The notes under the pieces are model-generated. The model had not been told where the DNA came from, ran no database searches, and was given only the letters and a program-made list of their open reading frames with translations. Below, piece after piece: positions 9,828 to 16,592 of a DNA stretch of 31,835 bases. Location: the IMG/VR virus record IMGVR_UViG_3300025154_000298, positions 1-31,835 of that record; one strand, 5' to 3'. The position numbers were made by a program, and so were the translations under genes. Source of the DNA: a virus. Lineage: Duplodnaviria > Caudoviricetes. The first letter of the stretch is position 1, and every line of letters begins with the position of its first letter.

Positions 9828-10169
9828 GTGGACCCCACCGTCCTGGTCTCACTGATCGGCCTGGCAGGGGTAGCGATGGGCTGGTTCGCCAAGGTGACGG
9901 TTGCGGCCATCTCCCGGTCGGCTCCGAAAGAGTGGAATGGGCAGGAACGGCGGGCAGTGCAGGACCTCGTGGACGCCAAGGTTACGCTCCATGCCTTCCA
10001 GTGCCCTGCTAAGCGGGATTTTAATGCAGCCCTGGACAAGACCCGACTGGAATTGAAGGGTGATATGGAGAAGATCGAAAATCGTCTCAGCGTAGACCTG
10101 GCCAAATTCAGGGAAGAACTGCGCGAGTCCCTGCATAATCTGCACGAGGAAATTCAGCGGCGGGTATAG
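9828..10169 (+). CDS. membrane-anchored coiled-coil protein (lysis-associated?)
   Basis: N-terminal TM helix (VLVSLIGLAGVAMGWFA) followed by a charged coiled coil. Confidence 0.7.
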   Translation: MDPTVLVSLIGLAGVAMGWFAKVTVAAISRSAPKEWNGQERRAVQDLVDAKVTLHAFQCPAKRDFNAALDKTRLELKGDMEKIENRLSVDLAKFREELRESLHNLHEEIQRRV

Positions 10170-10218
10170 CATCAACGAACCAACTCCGAGCTAAGCCAAA
10201 ACCCGCAAAACTCCCCTA

Positions 10219-10247
10219 TTGCTAAATGGCAATAGTTATGCTATACT
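10219..10247 (+). promoter_or_regulatory. sigma70-type promoter (leaderless transcript)
   Basis: TTGCTA-17-TATACT with TG extension; the ATG at 10254 is 7 nt after the -10. Confidence 0.65.
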
Positions 10248-10253
10248 TCTCAC

Positions 10254-10457
10254 ATGTACACCTTGCAAGCAAAGCGCCAACGAAACGACCTCATTTTCTG
10301 GTGGCATGAGCGACACCCTGAAATGACCCATGCCGCGCTAGCCAAAGCCTTCCGGATTTCCCGTCAGCGCGTAACGGCTATTTTGCGAACCTCACGTGCC
10401 AGGCCACAGGGGAATATAACGGGGAAAGGAGTCTTGGGCCGTGAAAAGAATAGCTAG
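10254..10457 (+). CDS. small HTH DNA-binding protein
   Basis: MTHAALAKAFRISRQRVTAIL helix-turn-helix (sigma region 4/Mor-like xSRQRV). Confidence 0.75.
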   Translation: MYTLQAKRQRNDLIFWWHERHPEMTHAALAKAFRISRQRVTAILRTSRARPQGNITGKGVLGREKNS

Positions 10458-10557
10458 AGTCAGAGAACCTCTCCGTCCGTATTTCCAAAGTGCCAAAGAT
10501 GTTTGGAGCCAGGGGGGTGCCTGGACTCTCCTGGCCCCTGGATGTGGGGCGTCATGA
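10441..10557 (+). CDS. possible 38-aa peptide coupling translation to the ligase
   Basis: AAGGAG SD, GTG start, stop overlaps the ligase ATG (ATGA). Confidence 0.35.
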   Translation: MKRIARVREPLRPYFQSAKDVWSQGGAWTLLAPGCGAS

Positions 10558-11498
10558 CTAATAGTTGGCATTCCTACCCGAGTATCTTTGCCTTGGGGCA
10601 CCGGGCGTTGGCAGAACTGTTCCTTGACCCCGTGCTGGTTGAGGAAAAAATCGATGGCAGCCAATTCTCGTGGGGAATATTCCTCGATGATATGGGAGAA
10701 TTGACGCTGAAGGCCCGTTCAAAAGGGGCAGAACTTAATCTGGTAGCCCCTGAGAAGATGTTTCACAAAGCAATAGAAATCATCAACAGCTTGCCCCTGC
10801 ATCCTGGATGGACATATCGGGCTGAATACCTGCAAAAGGCGCGGCACAACGCTTTGGCCTATGACCGTGTACCCGAAAAAAATCTGATAATCTTCGACAT
10901 CAATACTGACCACGAGTTGTACTTACCCTACGATGATAAGGTTATGGAAGCCAAACGCCTGGGACTTGAGACAGTGCCGCGCATCTATGAGGGTATGGTG
11001 AGCGATGTCCAGATGTTCCGAGGGCTGCTGGACCAACCATCAATTCTCGGTGGCCAAAAAGTAGAGGGAGTCGTGGTCAAAAACTACTCCCGCTTTGGGC
11101 TAGATAAACACGTGCTGATCGGCAAGTTTGTTTCCGAAGGATTTAAGGAGGTTCACGCTGCCGCGTGGAAGGAAGCAAATCCCTCGAAGTCTGATATTAT
11201 TGAGGAATTAATTTTCTCTCTACGGACACCGGCCCGATGGAACAAGGCAGTTCAGCACTTGCGCGAGTTGAGCCAGATTGAGGATTCGCCTCGCGATATC
11301 GGCGCTCTAATTAAAGAGGTTCATGCCGACATCGAAAAGGAATGCGTGGACCTGATCGCAACAAAGTTGTTGGAATGGGCGTTGCCCAAAATCAAGCGTG
11401 GAGTGGTGCGAGGGCTCCCAGAACACTACAAAGGAGAATTGCTCAAACGTCAGTTTGAGGATGAAACGCTGCTGGAGCCTGGGCTAGGGGGCGCCTGA
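10554..11498 (+). CDS. ATP-dependent RNA ligase (Rnl2-like nucleotidyltransferase)
   Basis: Motif I EEKIDG, III RAEY, IIIa IFDI, IV EGVVVK, V GKFVSEGFKE. No OB domain recognised, which favours RNA over DNA ligase. Confidence 0.8.
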   Translation: MTNSWHSYPSIFALGHRALAELFLDPVLVEEKIDGSQFSWGIFLDDMGELTLKARSKGAELNLVAPEKMFHKAIEIINSLPLHPGWTYRAEYLQKARHNALAYDRVPEKNLIIFDINTDHELYLPYDDKVMEAKRLGLETVPRIYEGMVSDVQMFRGLLDQPSILGGQKVEGVVVKNYSRFGLDKHVLIGKFVSEGFKEVHAAAWKEANPSKSDIIEELIFSLRTPARWNKAVQHLRELSQIEDSPRDIGALIKEVHADIEKECVDLIATKLLEWALPKIKRGVVRGLPEHYKGELLKRQFEDETLLEPGLGGA

Positions 11499-11875
11499 TG
11501 TCCAGACCGCTAGGCGGAACCCACATTGGTACGCACGAGGACCGCGGGTGCGAGAAGGCCGGGCCTGGCTCCCGGTGCTTGGCTTGCCCCTTCCCCGTCT
11601 GTGCCGAAGACACGCCGGACCGGGGCGGCCGGCCACGGCGGAGGGCAGTGATGAATGAGGTCGCCCGCTACGTGCAGTGCTCGTGCGGACTCACAGAGAC
11701 GATGACGTTCTGGAACGGGGTGCCTAACCTGACGAGGGCGTTTCAACTGCGACACGCCGGGCACCAACTGCGAACGCACGGAGCGCCGATGCGGGAGGAT
11801 ATCGCCCTTGTGAGTTCGTGGAACGTGGAGCAACCACATTTTCAGCGAAAGGCACAGCCGGGAAGGAGAAGGTAA
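11498..11875 (+). CDS. Cys-rich hypothetical protein
   Basis: DRGC...CLACPFPVC and CSCG...H motifs; TGATG coupling. Confidence 0.7.
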   Translation: MSRPLGGTHIGTHEDRGCEKAGPGSRCLACPFPVCAEDTPDRGGRPRRRAVMNEVARYVQCSCGLTETMTFWNGVPNLTRAFQLRHAGHQLRTHGAPMREDIALVSSWNVEQPHFQRKAQPGRRR

Positions 11876-11876
11876 C

Positions 11877-12170
11877 GTGACAACAGGACTAACGGCACTG
11901 GCGATCATCACACTGTTGGCGTTCGTTAACGAATCAATGGTCGAGTGGATTTTCGGGGAGTGGTTGGAGAAGCGGGTCATCAAGTACGTAGCTCTTGGTG
12001 GGGGTCTGCTTTTAGCCTTCGCCTTCCAGGTGACGCTGCTCAAAAACCTGGCTGGAATTGCCACTGCGCCCTACTACGCCGATGTGATCCTCTCCGGCCT
12101 GGTTATGGGTCGTGGCAGCCAATATGTACACGATCTCTATAGCCGATTCCTAGCCCCGCCGGTGTCATGA
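11877..12170 (+). CDS. holin
   Basis: 97 aa, three hydrophobic segments, ILSGLVMGRGSQYVHDL holin-type motif; directly upstream of the lysin. Confidence 0.8.
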   Translation: MTTGLTALAIITLLAFVNESMVEWIFGEWLEKRVIKYVALGGGLLLAFAFQVTLLKNLAGIATAPYYADVILSGLVMGRGSQYVHDLYSRFLAPPVS

Positions 12171-13138
12171 CCCTTGGCCTAGGGCTTCCCAACGCCCAAT
12201 TTCGCAAGTACTTTCAGCGGGAACTGAAAGCCGTTCGTGACCTGGGCCCCGATAATCTCCTTATCATCGCCTATCACGACGATGATAAGGAGTATGACCG
12301 AATTACTCAGGAAGCAGAACTGTGCCGTGACCTGGGCATCACTGCGCCCCTGGTGCGAGTCTACCGACCGACGGTGCGGGGGCTGAACCCCGTGGTTTGC
12401 GCCGCTGAGGACGCGAGGCTTTTCCAGTTGTACTTGGGCGCTGGCCTAACTCCTGGGTGGATTCCCTGGAATGAAATGAATATCGAGGGTTGGGGCGAGG
12501 ACTGGTCAGCACAGATTGAGTACGCGAAAGCCTATCTCTCGGCATTCACTGAAATCGTTGCTGCGGACAACTTGGAATTGGGTGTAGAGGTACACCTACC
12601 GGCACTCTCGCCCATCGGCGATTACGAGGACAGTTGGTATGCATATCGTGATGCCGGCTTAGGCGATAGATTCGATTTCGCGGATGTGCACTGCTACGAG
12701 CTGGATGATCTTCAAGACGCGGACACGCTTGGGGCCATCGTGGGACTGCCGGTAGTTTGCACCGAGGTTAATCAGATGCTTCCGAGCATCTACGCGCCGG
12801 CCCTGGCCCGGAATGGATGTGACGAGAGCTATTGGTTCATCCTCTCCAGCGACGACCCAGCTTTCTATCAATATTCGCTATTGCGCAACCCGGACCTGTA
12901 TGAGGATTTCAAAGCCACGGCACAACAGAAGGAGGAACCCATGCCGGAATTCGTTTTGGGATTCAAAGTCCTGGCGGAAAGGCTGCGAGCCGACGGACAT
13001 ACGGTGCTGGCCTTCTCAGATGAGATCAGCATAGACCATGCGAGCCTGCAACGGGTCATGATAGATAGTGAACCCAACCTATTTGCCTGGCAGGACGGCC
13101 AGGAGTCCGTTGTCGTCTACCCTTACCCTTTAGCCTGA
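12167..13138 (+). CDS. endolysin-locus clan GH-A glycoside hydrolase with C-terminal putative cell-wall-binding domain
   Basis: WNEMN, DVHCY, VCTEVN and WF catalytic-barrel motifs; C-terminal EFVLGF.. domain with an internal SD-ATG at 12941. Confidence 0.7.
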   Translation: MTLGLGLPNAQFRKYFQRELKAVRDLGPDNLLIIAYHDDDKEYDRITQEAELCRDLGITAPLVRVYRPTVRGLNPVVCAAEDARLFQLYLGAGLTPGWIPWNEMNIEGWGEDWSAQIEYAKAYLSAFTEIVAADNLELGVEVHLPALSPIGDYEDSWYAYRDAGLGDRFDFADVHCYELDDLQDADTLGAIVGLPVVCTEVNQMLPSIYAPALARNGCDESYWFILSSDDPAFYQYSLLRNPDLYEDFKATAQQKEEPMPEFVLGFKVLAERLRADGHTVLAFSDEISIDHASLQRVMIDSEPNLFAWQDGQESVVVYPYPLA

Positions 13139-13167
13139 GCGCCCCGCGGGTAATCGACCTGCGGGGT
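13126..13167 (+). promoter_or_regulatory. programmed -1 ribosomal frameshift signal
   Basis: Slippery heptamer C CCT TTA (13126-13132) in the correct phase, 8-9 nt spacer, stem-loop CCCCGCGGGT-aatcg-ACCTGCGGGG. Confidence 0.7.
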
Positions 13168-13617
13168 CTGCTACCGGCCACCGGCGTCTATCCGACCCGC
13201 TCCTACCCAGCGATTAAGTGGTTAGCGATTCACCACACGGCGGGGGCCGAGCGGGACTTCACGGCTAAGGAGATCGCTGACTACCACGTGGGCACGAAGG
13301 GATGGCCCGCGGTGGGGTATCATTACCTGCTCCATTGGGACGGCAGCATTGACTGGCTCCATGACATCACCGCCATGTCCTACCATATTCACGAACATAA
13401 CCATGACGCCGTGGGTATCTGCCTAGCCGGGGACTGGTCTCACCAGAGCCCGCCGCTAGTCATGCTCGAATCGTTGCGGTGGCTGATCGTCAAACTTAAA
13501 GCGCAAGTGCCGTGGGCCGAAGTCCGAGGCCACCGCGACCTGGCTCTCCCGGGATGGGAGACAGAATGTCCGGGCGGAATGTGGGATCTGTTTAGGGGAA
13601 TCACCAGTGAAAACTGA
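13126..13617 (+). CDS. N-acetylmuramoyl-L-alanine amidase (Amidase_2/PGRP-like), probably expressed via -1 frameshift from the upstream gene
   Basis: AIHHTA, GWPAVGYHY, HN..AVGICLAG, GHRD, TECPG motifs. The first Zn ligand (HH) lies upstream of the first ATG/GTG/TTG (13288); the frame is open from 13072. Confidence 0.8.
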   Translation, partial: PFSLSAPRVIDLRGLLPATGVYPTRSYPAIKWLAIHHTAGAERDFTAKEIADYHVGTKGWPAVGYHYLLHWDGSIDWLHDITAMSYHIHEHNHDAVGICLAGDWSHQSPPLVMLESLRWLIVKLKAQVPWAEVRGHRDLALPGWETECPGGMWDLFRGITSEN

Positions 13618-13632
13618 GTGGTGGATGGATGA

Positions 13633-13641
13633 TGGTATAAT
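13633..13641 (+). promoter_or_regulatory. extended -10 promoter element
   Basis: TGGTATAAT about 20 nt upstream of the XRE gene. Confidence 0.5.
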
Positions 13642-13662
13642 CCACTGGTAAGAGGTTATGAA

Positions 13663-13857
13663 ATGAGCCCAGACGAAATCAAAGAACTTCGGGCTGCGCT
13701 TGGGGAGTCCCAAGAGGCATTCGCTAGACACCTCGGGGTCACACTCAACACGGTCTATCGGTGGGAGACTGGAACGCGGAAGCCGGGGCTTTATTATCAA
13801 CAGAGGTTGAGGCTGTTCCGCGGGGCCGCCAAGCGCCTAGGGATCATTACATCATGA
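13663..13857 (+). CDS. XRE/Cro family HTH regulator
   Basis: IKELRAALGESQEAFARHLGVTLNTVYRWETGTRKP, a canonical HTH_3 pattern. Confidence 0.9.
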   Translation: MSPDEIKELRAALGESQEAFARHLGVTLNTVYRWETGTRKPGLYYQQRLRLFRGAAKRLGIITS

Positions 13858-13997
13858 GCGTAGCCGATATCACGATCATGCTGCGCTTCAGTGATTTTAT
13901 CAAACTGATTGAACTCTTGCGTAGTATTGCAAAAGGCGAGGTGCACGAGGGCCAGCAGGCGGAAGCGACTGCGCTTTTGACACGGATTAAGGGGTAA
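13854..13997 (+). CDS. small hypothetical protein
   Basis: ATGA overlap; MSVADITIMLRFSDFIKLIELL... Confidence 0.55.
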   Translation: MSVADITIMLRFSDFIKLIELLRSIAKGEVHEGQQAEATALLTRIKG

Positions 13998-14152
13998 CGT
14001 GGGTGTGAGAAACAAACACGTGGTCGCCGTGACGACACAGAGCGAGGTTGCTATAGGGGGCATCATTGCCGTGACCGCCGCGGGCTCCAGCTTCTTCCTC
14101 CGGGGATGCACCACACCACCTACACCTTAATTCCCCAATTCCCCCAATAACG

Positions 14153-14195
14153 ATAGCACAAAAGGCTTGACAAGTAGGCCGATGTGTGCTATGGT
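14153..14195 (+). promoter_or_regulatory. strong sigma70 promoter flanked by an inverted repeat (operator / divergent -10)
   Basis: TTGACA(14167)-17-TATGGT(14190); ATAGCACA...TGTGCTAT inverted repeat; ATG 7 nt after the -10. Confidence 0.75.
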
Positions 14196-14201
14196 TAAAA
14201 C

Positions 14202-14450
14202 ATGAAAACTCTTGACGCTCTCATGGAAGAACTTGACCGCCGCCGGGCGTTCCTGCAAGTCCGCCCCATGGCTTTCTATCGGTGGTTGGGCCTCACACCA
14301 CGCCTCCTGGAGATGGTGCGCCGGGGCCAACGGCAGTTGGGCGCCGAGGCCTTGGGGCGTATTCTCCTGGCAGACCCGTTCATGGAGAGGTGGGTTATTG
14401 CGTACCTTCGTGAGCGGGGGGAGATAGCGAAAGCCGGAGATAGCGAATGA
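14202..14450 (+). CDS. Cro-like HTH protein
   Basis: AFYRWLGLTPRLLEMVRRGQRQLG HTH-like segment; first gene after the promoter. Confidence 0.65.
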   Translation: MKTLDALMEELDRRRAFLQVRPMAFYRWLGLTPRLLEMVRRGQRQLGAEALGRILLADPFMERWVIAYLRERGEIAKAGDSE

Positions 14451-14725
14451 GAATTAGCAGGGACAAAAAGGAGGATGGAACGATGTCTAGGAATTGGCGA
14501 ATACTCGGAGAGGCCGATACAGGCATGCCCTTGGTATACCGGGACGCGCTAGGTGGGGGCGTGGTACTCATGCGGGTTATGGGGGCTGAGGGGAATCAAA
14601 CAGTGGTGCTCTCCTCTAGGCAGTTAGCTGAATTGCACCCTCTGACGACTGTGCCATGCCAGGATACCAACTGCGCCTGCTTCCAGGCGGGGGTGCTCTG
14701 GGCACGGGAGAACCCCGATGGCTAA
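14447..14725 (+). CDS. hypothetical protein (start may be 14483)
   Basis: ATGA overlap; AGGAGG SD before 14483; C-terminal CQDTNCAC. Confidence 0.65.
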   Translation: MRISRDKKEDGTMSRNWRILGEADTGMPLVYRDALGGGVVLMRVMGAEGNQTVVLSSRQLAELHPLTTVPCQDTNCACFQAGVLWARENPDG

Positions 14726-15248
14726 ATCAGGGGTGGCGTTTCACTGCCACCACGACAGGCTAGTCGAGTTTGTGACAAACTACGACGAGCGCGTGGCGTA
14801 CATCAAGCAGGAGAAGCCCCCAGCAGAGCGGCCTCTTCGTCTCCGACTCTTCCAGATGGTCCCGCCTGAGCGCCTATCCGCTGGATTGGCGGAAGCGGTG
14901 AACGAGAGCACCCGGCTGCGGGAGGAGAGCGACCGGCTGCGGGCCGAGGGCAACCGGCTGTGGGAGGAGGGCCACCGGCTGTGGGCCGAGGCCAGCCGGC
15001 TGTGGACCGAGAGCACCCGGCTGTGGGCCGAGGGCACCCGGCTGTGGGAGGAGGGCCACCGGCTGTGGGCCGAGAGCACCCGGCTGTGGACCGAGAGCAC
15101 CCGGCTGTGGGCCGAGAGCACCCGGCTGGGAGTTGAGAACATCGCACAGCATATGCCTGAGTTGCTGGCGCTGCACGCCGAACTCTGTCCAGAATGTCCC
15201 TGGAATGGACAGACGATCTTCGGGAGAGAGGAGAACCCCGATGGCTAA
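14718..15248 (+). CDS. hypothetical protein with heptad (ExxRLWx) coiled-coil repeats
   Basis: FHCHHD N-terminus, LHAELCPECPWNG C-terminus, about 10.5 heptads between them. Confidence 0.8.
   Translation: MAKSGVAFHCHHDRLVEFVTNYDERVAYIKQEKPPAERPLRLRLFQMVPPERLSAGLAEAVNESTRLREESDRLRAEGNRLWEEGHRLWAEASRLWTESTRLWAEGTRLWEEGHRLWAESTRLWTESTRLWAESTRLGVENIAQHMPELLALHAELCPECPWNGQTIFGREENPDG
14904..15128 (+). repeat. 21-nt coding tandem repeat (~10.7 copies)
   Basis: Consensus GAGAGCACCCGGCTGTGGGCC. Confidence 0.95.
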
Positions 15249-15585
15249 GTGGGAATTACATGAGCTTAAAAGGCAATTGGCGGTGCTGGAAGCTAGACTG
15301 GAGCCTCTCCTGGAAGATCGGCGCCGGCTCAATGCAGAAATTAGCGCACAGGAATTGCTCCTGATTAAGGCCAAGTGGGGCCTCTATGAGGGGATGATCG
15401 TCAAAAGACGCGGGCTGGAATACCAAGTGGTGGAGATATCCGATAAGTACGGAAAGCCATGGCTCGCTGGACATCCTCGGCGTAAGGATGGCAGCTTCGG
15501 CACGGTCGTCCGCAATCTCTACAATGAATGGGAGATGGTGGAGGATGGGCAGAAGTCGGCAGAGGATGCCAACCCCGATGCCTGA
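15241..15585 (+). CDS. hypothetical protein
   Basis: GAGGAG SD; MAKWELHELK.., GKPWLAGHPRRKDGSFG. Confidence 0.75.
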   Translation: MAKWELHELKRQLAVLEARLEPLLEDRRRLNAEISAQELLLIKAKWGLYEGMIVKRRGLEYQVVEISDKYGKPWLAGHPRRKDGSFGTVVRNLYNEWEMVEDGQKSAEDANPDA

Positions 15586-15676
15586 CTTCTTATACCTGGC
15601 CCAGGTTGGAATCCTGCTGTTGGTGCAGTGGACCGCGCTAGGGTATGTGGTTTGGCGAGGATGGAGGCTACGATGA
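15578..15676 (+). CDS. small membrane peptide
   Basis: 32 aa single TM; overlaps both neighbours. Confidence 0.55.
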   Translation: MPDFLYLAQVGILLLVQWTALGYVVWRGWRLR

Positions 15677-15909
15677 GCTCCGCGATTGAGATTGCCAGGG
15701 ATCTGTGCCACGAGTATGGTTGGACGCTGGTGGCTGCGACTAAGCAGGATCGGCATCCCGAGTTTGTGGCCATGCGCCGGCTGATTTGCAGCGAGCTTCG
15801 GACCAGAGGGTACAGCCTGCACGCCATTGCCAATGTCCTGCACCGCGATCATTCTACGGTGCTGCATCATCTGAGCAAAAGCAGCAACCTGCCTCTGCCA
15901 GCAGGGTGA
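15673..15909 (+). CDS. DnaA C-terminal-like HTH DNA-binding protein
   Basis: RRLIC..LRTRGYSLHAIANVLHRDHSTVLHH matches the Bac_DnaA_C RDHxTV signature. Confidence 0.8.
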   Translation: MSSAIEIARDLCHEYGWTLVAATKQDRHPEFVAMRRLICSELRTRGYSLHAIANVLHRDHSTVLHHLSKSSNLPLPAG

Positions 15910-15962
15910 ACGAGCGGAGCCGAGCGGATAACCCGCCCCAAGAGTAGACGGAGGAAACTTTT

Positions 15963-16184
15963 ATGATTGATCCCACGATTCAGCGGGAGACCCGCAGCAG
16001 CATCGAGATCGACATGAACGCCAAGGGCGACTGGGCGCTCAAGGCCAAGCTGTACTTTGATGACACTGACTCGTCAGGGCACATGCGGGCCCAGCGGACG
16101 CTGGAAGCCATAGACGCGTGGTTCCAGCAACGATTTAGGAACAGCCCGGTTGTGGTGCGCACCCAAACGATTGTGGGGTCGTGA
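15963..16184 (+). CDS. hypothetical protein
   Basis: GGAGG SD; SSIEIDMNAKGDWALKAKLY. Confidence 0.75.
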   Translation: MIDPTIQRETRSSIEIDMNAKGDWALKAKLYFDDTDSSGHMRAQRTLEAIDAWFQQRFRNSPVVVRTQTIVGS

Positions 16185-16393
16185 TGGGCAATATCACGAT
16201 TGAGACCACCGAGAGCGGGAACCTCCGGCTTACGTTTCCTGCTTCGGAGCACTTCACGGTCAGCAACAGCGCCCTTGACGGCATCGTCATAACAATCTTT
16301 GGGCGGACTCTGGCAGATGTGGTCACTATCCCGCGAGAGGGGGAGACCCCATCCTATTTCCTGCCGGACACCGCCTCAGATGCCGATGAGTGA
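16181..16393 (+). CDS. hypothetical protein
   Basis: Overlap-coupled 70 aa ORF. Confidence 0.6.
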   Translation: MMGNITIETTESGNLRLTFPASEHFTVSNSALDGIVITIFGRTLADVVTIPREGETPSYFLPDTASDADE

Positions 16394-16592
16394 GAGCAAG
16401 CGGCATCGCTGGCTGGAATGGTGCAAATCATGCGGTCGGAACCACGTCGTAGAGTTGCAGCCATGCTCGCACTGCGGTAACGGCATGGGCGGGGATGTGC
16501 CGCAACCAGCGTCGGATCGAGTAGCAGATTCATGCTGGGCTGATTACCGTTGCGATGGCTGCTACGCATTCGAGACGGACCACCTCGCATGA
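16386..16592 (+). CDS. Cys-rich zinc-binding protein
   Basis: CKSC, CSHC and CDGC motifs; start overlaps the upstream stop. Confidence 0.6.
   Translation: MSESKRHRWLEWCKSCGRNHVVELQPCSHCGNGMGGDVPQPASDRVADSCWADYRCDGCYAFETDHLA

Noticed and set aside
13288-13617. Amidase starting at GTG 13288, as in the ORF track
   Set aside because: It would omit the AIHHT Zn-ligand strand encoded upstream in the same frame.
13797-14330. Leftward CI-like repressor opposite the Cro-like gene
   Set aside because: The minus-strand ORFs here have no HTH or peptidase features and overlap better-supported plus-strand genes.
14780-15374. Minus-strand ORFs with Pro/Gly or HSR repeats
   Set aside because: They are shadows of the 21-nt repeat of the plus-strand gene, which has an SD and coupled neighbours.
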